Part shown: positions 11,871 to 25,426 of the stretch, piece by piece
How the letters are laid out: the number at the start of each line of letters is the position of its first letter
Numbering within the stretch: position 1 is the stretch's first letter
From: Octopus bimaculoides
Lineage: Eukaryota
Length of the DNA: 64,000 bases
Direction: 5' to 3'
Assembly (NCBI RefSeq): GCF_001194135.2
Contig: NC_068984.1
Coordinates: 58,932,953-58,996,952 of the forward strand
Notes under the pieces: generated by a model
Told to the model about the DNA's origin: nothing
Database searches by the model: none
Seen by the model: the letters and a program-made list of their open reading frames with translations, nothing else
Position numbers and translations under genes: made by a program

Positions 11871-12799
11871 AAGTACTAGCTTCTTTGATTTCTGACGTGA
11901 TTTGGAGAAAAAATGTTGATAGTGTTTGTACAATATTGTAAAATATATTCAAAACAACAGTTAATTCAAAAGAAAACAGTTTGGGATTACAGGCTGAAAT
12001 AACAGAAACAAGAAATGCTGATTACAAGCAATTATGAGCCTTTTCATTTACATTGTATTGTGAAATGCTCCATATCTATGCACTGAGTTCTATAATTTAA
12101 CGGTTCTTGGTGAATCAATAGGATAATAAAAAATTAAAACAAGATAGGCTTCTTCCATTCAAATTAGTGCCTTAAAGTCTCAGTATACTAGCTACTTTGT
12201 TTATATCTGTCTCACCTGCCATGTGAGAATCTTTGATATTTTGTAACACTTAACCCTAGACTGTATAAAGATAATTTTATGTTTTATTTTTTATAATATC
12301 ATTTAACATAGTTTCAACCATGAAATTCTCAATGTTATTATGATTTTAAAAAAGGTTATCAACATACAAACAATTGTAGCACATGATAAAGTAGATGGTT
12401 AAGGTTTATGATCATAAATATTAAATTAGTTTAGACACTCTATAAAAGCACAGTTTCAGCAGTTCTATGTGTATGTGTCTGAGTGTTCATCCATCCATTC
12501 ATTTGAAGGGCTCCTGTGTAGTTACATCGTCCAAATTTCACCCACAAATCCTTGGTCATCCTGTGGCAATGGTAGAAAACACTTGCTCAATGTACTAAGA
12601 GACAGGTTACCTTAAAGTCACTTAATTGCAAGCCAAGCTTCTTTACTACACTCTGAACAAGAAAACTAATCTGAAGTAATACTGTTATTATTTACTTTTT
12701 TATGCTTTTCTTTTTTAGTAGATACAAATCAAAATTTAGTAATGAAGAGGCTAGTTAGTTGGGATAACTTAGATAACTTAGACTGGTTTCAGCCGTTAT

Positions 12800-13010
12800 C
12801 AGCCCAGGCCATGGCTAACTCAATAGCACCACCTGGAAAAGTCTTTTAACAGGACACCATGGACCACTCAAGCAGAGAATTGTTGTTGGCAGAGATGTAT
12901 ACAGGTGTAGGCATTTGTCCAGGTACTTCTTTTGAGATAACATTGAAAAGAGCAGGGCCATTTGCAGTGAAGAAATTGTGCCGCAATGTTCTTATGTGAT
13001 GTGATCTTGA
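12800..13010 (-). mobile_element. CR1/L2-group LINE ORF2 C-terminal remnant
   Basis: Minus frame HIRTLRHNFFTANGPALFNVISKEV...TPVYISANNNSLLEW resembles the GPxLFN...SAxxNSL ending of CR1/Crack-type ORF2. Confidence 0.6.
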
Positions 13011-16000
13011 CCTTTGTAGGGGACGCTAGAGTTAGCTGTTAAATCTTTCCTTGAATCATACACAAGTATCTTCACAAAAAGGGCATATTAGATAAAGTAG
13101 GTCTAGATAAACTGAAAAAAGAAAAGGATAGCTATAGATGGAACATCCTTGGTCATAGGTTTACTTTCTCAGAGTTAACTTGAGGGTTAAACAACATCAA
13201 CATTAAAACACAGGATCAAGTACGAGTAATATACCAGGAGAAAACTGAATCAATTTTGCATTCTACTCCAAAGTTAGAAATCCTTGTTATACATTCTTTT
13301 GATTATGTACATGTTTTGAAGATATATCATTAAATATTAATTATTAAACAAACAGTGAATACCTTAAGTAAGTACAACGTCTATGAAGATTAATTTAAAC
13401 TCAGTTATCTCAATGTTAGTATTAGTAATTGCTTTTGTTGCTGATTCAAATGATAGTACATCAATTGATATAGAGGCCTGGCACAATAATGACATATTCC
13501 TTCAATTGCTAGCCTAGATTTTGGAGATATTTTTATAGAGACTGCTGCATTGTTCTGTCCTCTGCAACAACCAAATATTTAATGAGATTATCAGAGAAAA
13601 TATCACCCACATCAATGTCACTGTTACTCTAATCTCTCACGAACAGCTACATTGTTAAATGTGAGTAATGAATGATTTATTTCATAATGTGCACACAGAC
13701 ACATGCATATAAATACCATTTATTTCTGTTTACTTTTTCTTCTTTACATTGACTTTCTATGTATCTTGAAATATAAATTTCCTCTTATTTGAAGTGTTAT
13801 AATTATATATCTACCTACACATGCATGCAGGCCACACACACACACATATGTACATGCACATAATTCTATTATGTATCTATATATACATGGTAAAAGTTCT
13901 GCATTAGCTTTGGCAACATCACACTTTAAATTGGTAGAGTTCTATTTGTATCTTTCTTGGTCTCTGTGATAGCCTGCTTAGGTCACATTCCTATCTCACA
14001 GAAAACATAAAAATAAGATAAACAGCTCATGGAGGATGAGGTTTCCAGCATTCTTATAACTGAAATTATTGAATGAAAGATCTATTTTTATCATATCTTT
14101 TGGAGAAGCATTTTCAATGCTGACTTCTTAAAAATGGTCAATATGATTGGAAGATTAAATTATACACATGTTATGCCAGCTCATAGAATTTCTAGATGTA
14201 ATTGACTGACTCAGTTTTGCTGATATATAATGCACAAGCAGGCAAACAGACTGAGTGACACTCAAATATTATCAAAATACCTATATTTCTTCTTTATTGC
14301 TTATGCCAATGTATTAGCTTGTCTTGTAATCAAATTTTATTGATTAATTCAAATTACTGATTAAAGAATTCAATCTTAATTACCTATGTAGAATGTATCT
14401 GTAAATGTTGAGTATTTTATTATTGGTTTAACTGTCTATTTTTGAGTGAATTTCTGATAATGAGGTTGAAAATTACCTATATAAAATTACTAGCTTATTG
14501 ATTTTTTTACTAAAATGTGAAGTATTTTTAGTGAGAACTCACTGAAAGATAACATTTCTTGTCTATATTATGGCTTTCCTTCCGTGCCACAGCATGAAGT
14601 TGGAACAAATTAATATTTTGGAGCAATAAATAGGAAATGCTAAGTCTGGCTATGATTTTGGTTAAATTTTAGAATTGTATTGATGTAGATATCTTCTGAA
14701 GTTCATTTAGTTAAGTAGATTGCTTTATAATTTTTTTACTCTCTTTTTTATTTTATTTTTATAATTTGCAAATGAATTTATTTTATTTCTTTTGTCAGCC
14801 TTTGTGAAGAGAAGTGAAAAAAAAGTAAAATTCTGCTAAACACAGAGTATGAATTGATGGGGGCAGATAAGATAAAGTTAATTGCTCCTTCCTCCACTAC
14901 CAACTGAAAAGTTTCTGTAGCTTATAATATGAGGGGGAAAATAACAGATTTATAAAAAGCACATCAAAAGCAGTATAACTGGCAGGCTGTCTCATTATTG
15001 TGGATACATTACATGTTAGGGACTACTGGTTTACAAGACATTAGAAAGGCTACTTAGAGCAGAACTATTTGTAATAAGCACTGATAATGTGTCATTAATG
15101 AGGTACTAGCAGACTGAGCGTTAAAACACTCCTTGAGTTAAGTGCAACACTTATTCAATTTAGAGATTTTTTTATTCCTTTTTTATCCATTTACACAGTA
15201 TATTTTATAACAGACATAAATCTATCTGTATAACTAAACCACCCTTATGAATAAAAGTATCTGACTGATGGCTGAGTTGTAGAGTAAATCAAGGCAACAT
15301 ATAACAATGCAGGTAAAAAAAATCAATGATTTTTCTAGTGTAGTCACCACCTTAATATTGATGACCCATTAGTAACTTCACTGGTTTTTATGATTTTAGT
15401 TTTACCACTGAAAAGAAAAGATTGTTAGATTGATATTAATGAATTTCTGCACCTGATTTGATTCTTTCTTTTCCTTTTTTTAATTGGTTCCTTTTCTTTA
15501 ACATTGAGCACTTTTGTACCATAAATTGTTTATCAATATCATTTTCTTTTCATTCTTTTTTTCACCTATCATTTATGTATGTCCTATACCAAGAGTGTAT
15601 AATCACTATTTCTGCTTTCATTTGCTTTTTCTAGCTGGGGAGGGAGAGTGCCTCATGAAGCATAATGGTTGGAAAGTTAAGTTGCTGTGCTGGCTGCACT
15701 CAGTGAGGCACCTAATTCCACTTTTACTTTATAGATGAGTGGTTAATGGTAAAAAGAACAAACACCTTTAAAAATTATTGTTCTAACCCTAGCATCTCAG
15801 CCACACCAATGTGGAAATCTCGTCTTAAACCAGTTATCCTTAAGCTTTCTAAGAGAATTATATCTGGCTAAGTTGATACAGTTCATGTCTACAATTCATA
15901 GTACATATAGGGTTTGCTTTGTATACCTAAAAGAGACAATTAGCTTAAGACCTGACTCAGTCCATGTTGCTATTGTTAATAGGTAATAGAAACATCTTGA

Positions 16001-17566
16001 AATACTCTTTCCTATGGCTCTTTCCATGTGGGTTACTTCAAATACATTTTCCTACTACATGTGACATGCAGTAACTATAATTAATGTATATATTGTTAAT
16101 TACAGTATTAAGATAAAATCTTCTCATAGGTTGGCCCAGAAAAAGCAATTTGGAAACAAGTCTAATGTATGATTAAATGTCTAAATCTCTTAGATGAATT
16201 GCTGCTAATAAGATTATAATCTTATCAATCCAATTTATTTTTCTCTGAATCACTATTTAAAGATCTAAGTGTTCAGCAATGCTCTCCTGATCCAATGGGT
16301 TACATGGTGATGCTTTCACAATGCTCAATCCTACAATAATTTAGACATCCAATTTGCTCTATTTAATTAAGAAAATACACGTAGCATAATGACACAGAAA
16401 AACAAGAGCTTTGTATTTAACACCTGTACCATTATCACTTCTTTGTCAGATATGAATAGATAAAGAAAGAAAGAAAGAACAAAATTTGAGGCCCAAGTGT
16501 ATTTTTCTAATTCTTTGAGAGAAACTTAAGCAAAGAAATGATAAATATTATCACTGAGAGCAAATGTTTTATGTACTGGGAATATTGTAAACAGTTTTCA
16601 AAGTACAGAACATTACATAAAAAGTATGATAATGTGCCATTTTATGTGTTAGTCACTCAAACGTTACATAATATTCTGACTTAGAAATGTTATTTGGTGC
16701 CTTGTTGCCCTCAGAAACTGTTTCCTTATATTTACTAATTCACTGTGTCCGTGTTCTTGGCAGATTAAGACTACACTTTATTGTCTACATAGTTCACAGG
16801 GCAAAGTCTTCTGTCAGCATGATTCTTCCTTGGCATGTCTCTAACATTGAATAACCCATTTTTAAAGACTTATATGAATACATGTGTGTATGCAGACACA
16901 TACACACACACTTACATGCACACCTATTAGTTAATCATATATCAATGTGTTTCCATAGATAAGCATGGTTGTCCCTGTAACATCTTGCCAAAACATAAAA
17001 AAAAGGAGAGAGAGAGAGAGAGAGAGGGCAGTCACTTGTCAGTTAACTAACTCATCTGTTTATATATCTGAAATACTATTGAGAATGACTACTGCAATAG
17101 TTTTATTTTCAAACAAAGTGAATTTGTTTGTTAGATATTCCTTTTACTGTCACACCACTGTTGATTTGCGCTAACTAAACTGTCATACAAGCTTCCTTTT
17201 TACTTCATCAAAAATTCTCTTGTACCTATCAGACTTTTCAGTTTAGTACTGCAGAACATTCTCCTTGTCATTCGTTTCTCATATCCTGTTCTCCTCTCTC
17301 AAATTCACAAAATTCTTTTATATCTGAACACACTAGCCTATTTACAGATTTTACATTTACTCTCATCTTATAATCACTCCCTTTACTCTGTGGCACTAGT
17401 TTATTTCACAGTGCTTTATATGTGTGAGAAACTGAGCCCACACTCCCTCTCTCTCCTGTCTCTCTCATTGTGTGTGCATATATATGTATAAGCATGCATG
17501 TGAATTGCAAGAGAGTGTGTGGTGTGTGTCATACATATATATTAGTATGTGCTTGCATATGTGCTT

Positions 17567-17681
<115 letters not shown>

Positions 17682-18811
17682 ATGTATGTGTCATTTAAAC
17701 AGGGCTTTTATTCAATTGGTAGGAAATCAGAATCCTCAAGACTTTTGGATCCTAATTTTAAGTTTGAATACTGATGACTAAAATAAAATGCTTACAATTG
17801 GGTGGGGATGACATAATTATTTGGAGTATATGATCATATTGCATGTGAGCTGAATGTACAAGGTATGCCTATGCATTGTTAAAAAAACAACTAAGGGCTT
17901 TCAATATGTGCAATAATTGTAAATTGAAAACTTGCTATATGTGATTTACCTTCATATTCTAATGATTTCCACCATTTGTCAGCTGAGTAATAGCTGATCA
18001 ACCAGCCAACCAACTATTGCTTGCTATACACTTTATATTACCTTCAACTGAATCCCCTTAGGGCCTTTGGTTGTGTGCATATTGATTGGAGTGGTACAAC
18101 TGAGATGATGTAGGATATAATTGTTGGCTTTCAATGTTGGTATTTCAAATGTTTCAGATGTTTCTCATTGCTCAGAATTTCTTTTGCTAACATCATCAAT
18201 CATCAGTATATTAATTCTTTTACTCTGATATGAAACAACAGATCTACTAATAGAACTATTAAGCTTGTAATCCACTGCAAGCTTTTCATTGTGTATTTAG
18301 AAAGCACACTTAGATGTACATGTCTTGGTTCATCAAGCTGTTGAGAATAACTACCTGACCCACTTTGAAATGGACCAGCATCATATCAAAGGCAGGTTTA
18401 TCTTTCATCTGCTTAATGCTATGAAAAATGAAGATGAATACAGTTCCTTAAAGCTTCTTTGGATCTGGCATCTCTTTACATTCTGAGTTTAAATGTTGCT
18501 GAGATCAACTCTGCCTTTTGGGATCAGTAAAACAAATACCAGCTGAGCACTGGAGTCAATGTAATCAACTTCACCTTCCCTTCAAAAAATTGTGAATCTA
18601 ATGCTAAAATAGAAATATTTTTATTTGCTTTCTCTAATAGTCACAACATATGAAGACAAGCAAAGCAAATAGCTAAACGCAATCCAGAACTTTCTGAAAT
18701 CAAACAAATAACTCAGCCACTTTTACTGTTAAAGACCTAAATTTTTACCCAGCTATTGCTTCACTATCCATTCACTCATAATGTGTGTGGATTGCTTTGT
18801 TTACTACATTT

Positions 18812-19641
18812 AGAGCTCTTACCCCTGCTCCCTGCTGGCGACAAAGGGACTCTCACTCAGAGTAAAAGGCAGACTGTATGACGCATGCGTACGAACAACC
18901 ATGCTACATGGCAGTGAAACATGGGCTGTAACTGCTGAGGACATACGTAAGCTCGCAAGGAATGAAGCCAGTATGCTCCGTTGGATGTGTAATGTCAATG
19001 TGAATACCCGTCAGAGTGTAAGTATCTTGAGAGAAAAGCTGAACATTAGAAGCATCAGTTGTGGCGTGCAAGAGAGACGATTGCGCTGGTATGGACATGT
19101 GGTGAGAATGGAGGAGGATAGCTGCGTGAAAAAGTGCCACACCCTAACNNNNNNNNNNNNNNNNNNNNNNNNNNNNNNNNNNNNNNNNNNNNNNNNNNNN
19201 NNNNNNNNNNNNNNNNNNNNNNNNNNNNNNNNNNNNNNNNNNNNNNNNNNNNNNNNNNNNNNNNNNNNNNNNNNNNNNNNNNNNNNNNNNNNNNNNNNNN
19301 NNNNNNNNNNNNNNNNNNNNNNNNNNCAGTACCGCCTGACTGGCTCCTGTAGGATTTTCGAGCGAGATCGCTGCCAGTGCCCCTGGACTGGCTTGTGCGG
19401 GTGGCACATAAAAGACACCATTTCGAGCGTGGCCGTTTTCGTGCGGGTGACACGTAAAAGCACCCACTACACTCTCTGAGTGGTTGGCGTTAGGAAGGGC
19501 ATCCAGCTGTAGAAACTCTGCCAAATCAGACTGGAGCCTGGTGTTGCCATCCGGTTTCACCAGTCCTCAGTCAAATCGTCCAACCCATGCTAGCATGGAA
19601 AGCGGACGTTAAACGATGATGATGATGATGATGATGATGAT
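18812..19641 (+). mobile_element. Young 5'-truncated RTE-clade LINE (ORF2 C-terminus, 3' UTR, (GAT)n tail); contains a gap
   Basis: Open frame ATKGLSLRVKGRLYDACVRTTMLHGSETWAV...ERRLRWYGHVVRMEEDSCVKKCHTL is a typical RTE/BovB-like C-terminus. CpGs are retained and the element ends in (GAT)n. Confidence 0.95.
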
Positions 19642-20084
19642 TTGATGTACAGTGAACTTAAATACGTAAATGAATATGTTTTTGTGTAATTATTGTTTTA
19701 GTTTCTACTGATTTATTTTCTATAAATTCAGTAAATATAAGCGCTAAATTACTATGATCACTCATCTGACTTTGATGTTTAAAGAAAAGAAAATCAATCA
19801 CCCTATGCTCAGAGCTAAGGAAAATAAATGATAACTGGTAATAAATCAGGTTTTTGCTATCATTTGCTCTTCTTCAGTATATCACTTCTTAATGATTGAT
19901 GGACAATGGGCTAGCATCATGAAATAAAATTTATTAAAGATATGGATTATTTAAGGTAGATTCTTTTGGTTTATGTAAACATTTATTTAAGTAGAAGGCG
20001 TGTTTAAGTCTCAAATACTGAAGTAAAATCTTTGAAGTATTTTTTAACATTGCACAAAACCAAAAATGTTAGTGGTTGGATTGT

Positions 20085-20897
20085 AATCCATGTAATAAAC
20101 ACTTGTGCAGGACTAATACTTCTTTTATTGACCTCAAGAATGTGAAAGGCAAAATCGACCCATGCCTGTTTTGAACTCAATATGTAAAGGAAAGAACATA
20201 ACAAAACAGTTCAATAAAAACATTGCTTTGCAATATTTGCACTGGCTTCTTACCCCCAGAGTTCAAATCCCATCATGAATGACTTTGCCGTTCATTTTTC
20301 TGGGATCAATAAAATAAAGTACCGGTCCAGTACTGAGGTTGAGGACATCAATTAAACCTTTTCCCCCAACACTGCTGGCTTTCTGCCTAAATTAGAATCC
20401 ATTTTACTGCTTTTGCCTTTCTTCAACCTTAATGATAATTTCTAATAAAGACACAAGGCCTGACATTTTGGGTGGCTAGTCAATTGGATCAACCCTAGTA
20501 CTTTACTACCTTTTTTATCAACATCAAAAGGATGAAAGGTAAAATCGACTTTGGCAAAACTTGAACTCAGAATGTAATGCAGGAAGAAATACCACAAGGC
20601 ATTTTGCCCGGCTTGCTAACATTTCTGCCAGCTTGCCACCTTGTTGTTGTTGTCATTGTCGTTGGTAGCAGTGGCAGCAGTGGTGGCGTCTTCTTCTTCA
20701 TCAGCCACAAAGCCTGAAATTTTGGGGTAGAAGGCTAGTCAGTTACTCTGACCCCAGTACTCAACAGTTACTTATTTTATCAACTCAGAAAGGATGAAAG
20801 GCAAAGTTGACTTCGGTAGTATTTAAACTCAGAACTGATGAAATGCTATTATGCATTTTCTTTGGCATGCTAACAATTCTGCCAGTTTGCCACCTTA
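20085..20897. mobile_element. Cluster of four family-B SINE copies in mixed orientation
   Basis: GAAAGGCAAAGTYGAC/TTGAACTCAGAA motif on - at ~20085-20200, ~20455-20642 and ~20705-20897, and on + at ~20225-20400. Confidence 0.75.
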
Positions 20898-20920
20898 ATA
20901 ATAACAACAATCTCTATATA

Positions 20921-21079
20921 GACACAAACATGGCTGTGTGGTAAGAAGCTTGCTTCCCAACCACATGGTTCCAGGTTCAGTCCCACTGTGTGGCACCTTG
21001 GGCAAGTGTCTTCTGCTATAGCCATGGGCAGCCAAAACCTTGTGCATTGTTTTGGTAGATGGAAATTGACAGAAGCCTG

Positions 21080-21080
<1 letters not shown>
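20921..21080 (+). mobile_element. SINE family A
   Basis: TGGCTGTGTGGTAAGAAGCTTGCTT...GGTTCAGTCCC...CCTTGGGCAAGTGTCTT; close match to the reverse complement of 138-300. Confidence 0.85.
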
Positions 21081-21117
<37 letters not shown>

Positions 21118-21740
21118 GCAAGTAATTAGAAAACAGGGAAAACCTCAGATTAACAAACACATTGGTTGGACCACATTTATAGCTTATTTTTTAATACAAA
21201 GCATGACATAACAAAATAGGTGATGTAACATATCTTTCGGCCATTTCTGATCGGTTACCAAAATGGTGTCCATAAATAAGGGTGAGAATAAAGTTCTTCA
21301 TCTTCATAGGGCATACAAATTAAGGCAACGGAGCTTCATCAGAGTAAAAAACAAGAGCATACAATATAAACAAAGGGAAGAAGAAAAAGGAAAGAAAACA
21401 TGGCCTAGACAAATAGTCTAGAAGCCCAATATGTTAAGAGCATAAAATTTACCATCAAGGGACTACAGGGTCCATAGGTAAAAGAGTGAGCTAGTAATTG
21501 TCTAGGTAATACTACAATTTATTAATGAGTAAGTGCAATTTGAAGGGGGTGGTCAGGATGTTTATAAAAAGAAGTTATCAAGGAACTATATATAAGGAAA
21601 ATACTAACATAATTATCAAAGTGTGATACCTATGCTAATGGAGTAAACTCAAGTAAAAATAAGCAATTATCATAGGGTGCTTAAGAAAAATTTACTCACA
21701 GAAATTACTACTGAGAGTCCCACCTATATATATATATATA

Positions 21741-22026
21741 TAGGATATACCTTTTGTAATGAGATAAAAAAAACCAAAGTTGTGTATAATATAGAACATT
21801 TATAAATCGAATGTCTTACATCTGTTTCCAGGATATTTATTATATCCCTTCATCGGAGACCATGTGAGAGGATGATTAAACAATATTGCTTAATCATACT
21901 CTCACACCATCTCCAATGAAAGGATATAATAAATATCCTGGAAACAGCTATAAGACATTCGATTTATAAATGTTCTATATTATACACGGCCTTGGTCTTT
22001 TATCTCATTACAAAAAGTATATCTTA
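21741..22026. repeat. Loop-less palindrome / foldback MITE-like element
   Basis: Arms of ~143 bp, ~88% complementary (my count: about 15 mismatches and one 2-nt indel), centred on CAAT|ATTG at 21884/21885. Confidence 0.9.
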
Positions 22027-22649
22027 TATTCACACACTGATATATGACCTATGTTGGACCCCTTATTCGCATAACCACCGAACCTGGAGCTTAACTGTGG
22101 TCTATCTATAGCACTTACTCAGCATTACCTGAAACCTCTAGGTCTAATTGACACCACTATCGCTCATAACCTATATATATATATATATATATATNNNNNN
22201 NNNNNNNNNNNNNNNNNNNNNNNNNNNNNNNNNNNNNNNNNNNNNNNNNNNNNNNNNNNNNNNNNNNNNNNNNNNNNNNNNNNNNNNNNNNNNNNNNNNN
22301 NNNNNNNNNNNNNNNNNNNNNNNNNNNNNNNNNNNNNNNNNNNNNNNNNNNNNNNNNNNNNNNNNNNNNNNNNNNNNNNNNNNNNNNNNNNNNNNNNNNN
22401 NNNNNNNNNNNNNNNNNNNNNNNNNNNNNNNNNNNNNNNNNNNNNNNNNNNNNNNNNNNNNNNNNNNNNNNNNNNNNNNNNNNNNNNNNNNNNNNNNNNN
22501 NNNNNNNNNNNNNNNNNNNNNNNNNNNNNNNNNNNNNNNNNNNNNNNNNNNNNNNNNNNNNNNNNNNNNNNNNNNNNNNNNNNNNNNNNNNNNNNNNNNN
22601 NNNNNNNNNNNNNNNNNNNNNNNNNNNNNNNNNNNNNNNNNNNNNNNNG

Positions 22650-23560
22650 CAGTGAATAAATTGTCGTCTAAATTATGCAAAAACTGAAAATAACACTGAC
22701 ATCTCGTTTCAACGGATATATTTACCAAAATAACATTAAAATATCTTGAAATACTAAAGGGTAAATTTATTCAATATAATCGCCATTGGCTTCAACCACG
22801 GCTTCCAGGCAACTTCAGAATCTTCTGCAACTCTTCAGGTCGGTTTCCTTGCTTAAGCTGATGACTGCTGCCATAATCCTTGCCTTCAGTTCATCTTTGG
22901 TGTTACAAGGAGTTTTGTTTGGTCTCTCACTCAACTGCACCCCACACATAATAATCAAGGGGATTACAACCTGGAGAGTTAGGTAGCCAGATATTAGGGG
23001 TGATGTGGTCACAGAAATTGTCTGACAGCCATGACTGGGTTATCCTGCTATGTCCCTGGCAATGGACCTGGAGGGATCGTTGTCAATCATGGCCTGGATC
23101 TCACAAATTCAGGAGTTTTTTTCTCATCAGAACAATTAGAGTAAGTTTTCCAAGCTGCTGTATCTTTGTAATCACCATTAGACTCATCCAACTCTTTCTG
23201 AATCCTCTGCACTGTCCTCAGATTGATACCCAAACACTCTGAGATATTTTCAATGGAGTAGATTGCAATTATGTTGACAAAATGTTTTAAAATAATTACA
23301 TGTCTTCATTGTTTTCAAGTCAAACGTTTGGCTCATGCAGCATATTCGAGCTCTTGATTCGCAAGAAGTAGTTGAAGACCTGATCAACACACAACAGATA
23401 GTAAACCTACTTTTGTCATAGTAAGGATTTGTGTTTTACTTAATTTCATTTTAAAGTCATAAATATATTTTACTTTTGAAAATTAGTATTTATTTCATCA
23501 TTTTGTATAAACACCAAGACATTCAGTAAAAGTTAAATCATAATCATTTTATTTGTGCCT
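22650..23560 (-). mobile_element. Tc1/mariner-superfamily (Tc1/maT-like) transposon remnant
   Basis: Minus-strand translation ...NKTPCNTKDELKARIMAAVISLSKETDLKSCRRFRSCLEAVVEANGDYIE is a transposase C-terminus. Frame disrupted upstream. Confidence 0.8.
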
Positions 23561-23799
23561 TATTTCCTAATATTACTCATAGTGGCAAAAATATACTTTC
23601 AGAGTTACCTTTGTCTGAGAGGTAACATGCTAGTAATAATGATAATCCTTTCAGCTATAGGAACAAAGTCTGAAATTTTGTGTGAGGAGGCTAGTCCTTT
23701 ATATCGACCCCCAATGGTCAACTGGTATTTTATTGATACGAAAGGCAAAGTTAACCTTGATGGGATTTGAGCTCATCTGGTAATAATAATAATGGTTTG

Positions 23800-24010
23800 A
23801 AATTTTCACACAAGGCCAGTAATTATTGGGTTAGGGGGTCAGTCAATTACATCAACCCCGGTGCTTGACTGCTATTTATTTTATCAACCCCAAAAGGATG
23901 AAAGGCAAAGTCAACCTCAGCAAAAGTTGAAAGAAGAACATAATGATGGATGAAATGCTACTAAGTATTTTGTTGGTGCACTAATGATTCTGCTAGATTA
24001 CCACTCACTG
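23800..24010 (-). mobile_element. SINE family B (a second partial copy lies at ~23640-23770)
   Basis: GGATGAAAGGCAAAGTCAACCTCAGC motif. Confidence 0.7.
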
Positions 24011-25372
24011 TTACTAATAATAATAACGATAATAACAATACTAAATATTGTACTTTTTTTCTCATTAGGATATGTAGATTACCTTTTTATGAACCTCCAC
24101 AGTTAACTTACAAGGCTTTCCTAGTTTCCGTAGTATTAAGAATATGATAGAAGAATCATTCCATGAGTAAGTTATCAGTTTATTGCAGACAACTTGTTCT
24201 ATGAACAGAATTGACTTAGCACTGTAGGCCAACTATACTCTCATCAATTTTACAATGCTGCTACTACATAAATATGTTTGCTTTGAATTGCTCCTACCCA
24301 GAAACTGTGTTTGTCTCTTCCCTCCTTCCTCACATTCTCTGGGCTTTTGCCCTTCATCTCTTGACTAAATTGTAGAAAAAGAAAATCAAAAACAAGCTTA
24401 TGGCCAAATCAATGATTATCAATTAGATATCAAAATAACTAATTTATATTTATATTTATTGAAGCTGATGATTCACTTCTCACTACAGAATGAATCACCA
24501 ACTTCAAATGAATAAACCCTATATGTATTGAATACTCTTTCTTCTATTTGTGCATCAAAAAGTGTATGTGAGTGTTTTTAGTATAATATTTGATAAATGA
24601 TACCAAAAATACAGCATTCAGTGCAAAATCAAGGAGTAATGTATTTATGCTTGAAATGCAATATGAGTAAAAATACCTGACTATAAAAAGTTTCATGCTA
24701 AACACTCATTCAGATCCAGTATCTCAATGTGTTTAGAAATACTATGGAAAAATGTATATATAAATGCTTCTGTTTCTGTTAAGGTGATAAACTCTTAATA
24801 GATGTGAATTATGTCTCCTTGATTGACTCGAATGTTATTTTAGAGATGTTGGGGGTGGGTATATATTGTTAAAAATTGAGGAAGAACAAATATGTTATGT
24901 AGAATTAAGGAAAGATTGATATATCATCAATATTGGAGGAAGAACATAATGGGTAAGGGAAAGGTGAATGTTAAGAGAAAAATTAAAGCCAAAAAAGAGG
25001 AGAGATAGAAAACATAGTAGATTCAAGATGAAAAAGTCTTAATATGAAACAATTTCACATGTCTGTGCATATGTGTAGATTTTGTCTGATGATGGAGTTT
25101 CCTAATTTTATAACAGGTGCTTTTTGAAGTATCTGCATTTCCAAAATATCTCTGATCTATGGCTTACATGAGTCTTGACTCCATGGGGTTTTAAATTTTT
25201 TTTATCTTCTCTGTTTCACATGGACTACATTTTACTTGCTTCCATTTTTGTATGGAAATTGGAAATGTTTATTCAAATTCTTTTTTCATAATATTTCTAA
25301 ACATATATAGACACAAAGTCTGAATAAAAGGTCCAGCGTAAAATCTTTGGCAGCCAATATTTTTACTCATTG

Positions 25373-25426
<54 letters not shown>

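Noticed and set aside
18301-18486. 61-codon open frame after an AG (KAHLDVHVLVHQAVENNYL...)
   Set aside because: No recognisable homology, its end runs into a SINE, and dozens of such frames are expected by chance.
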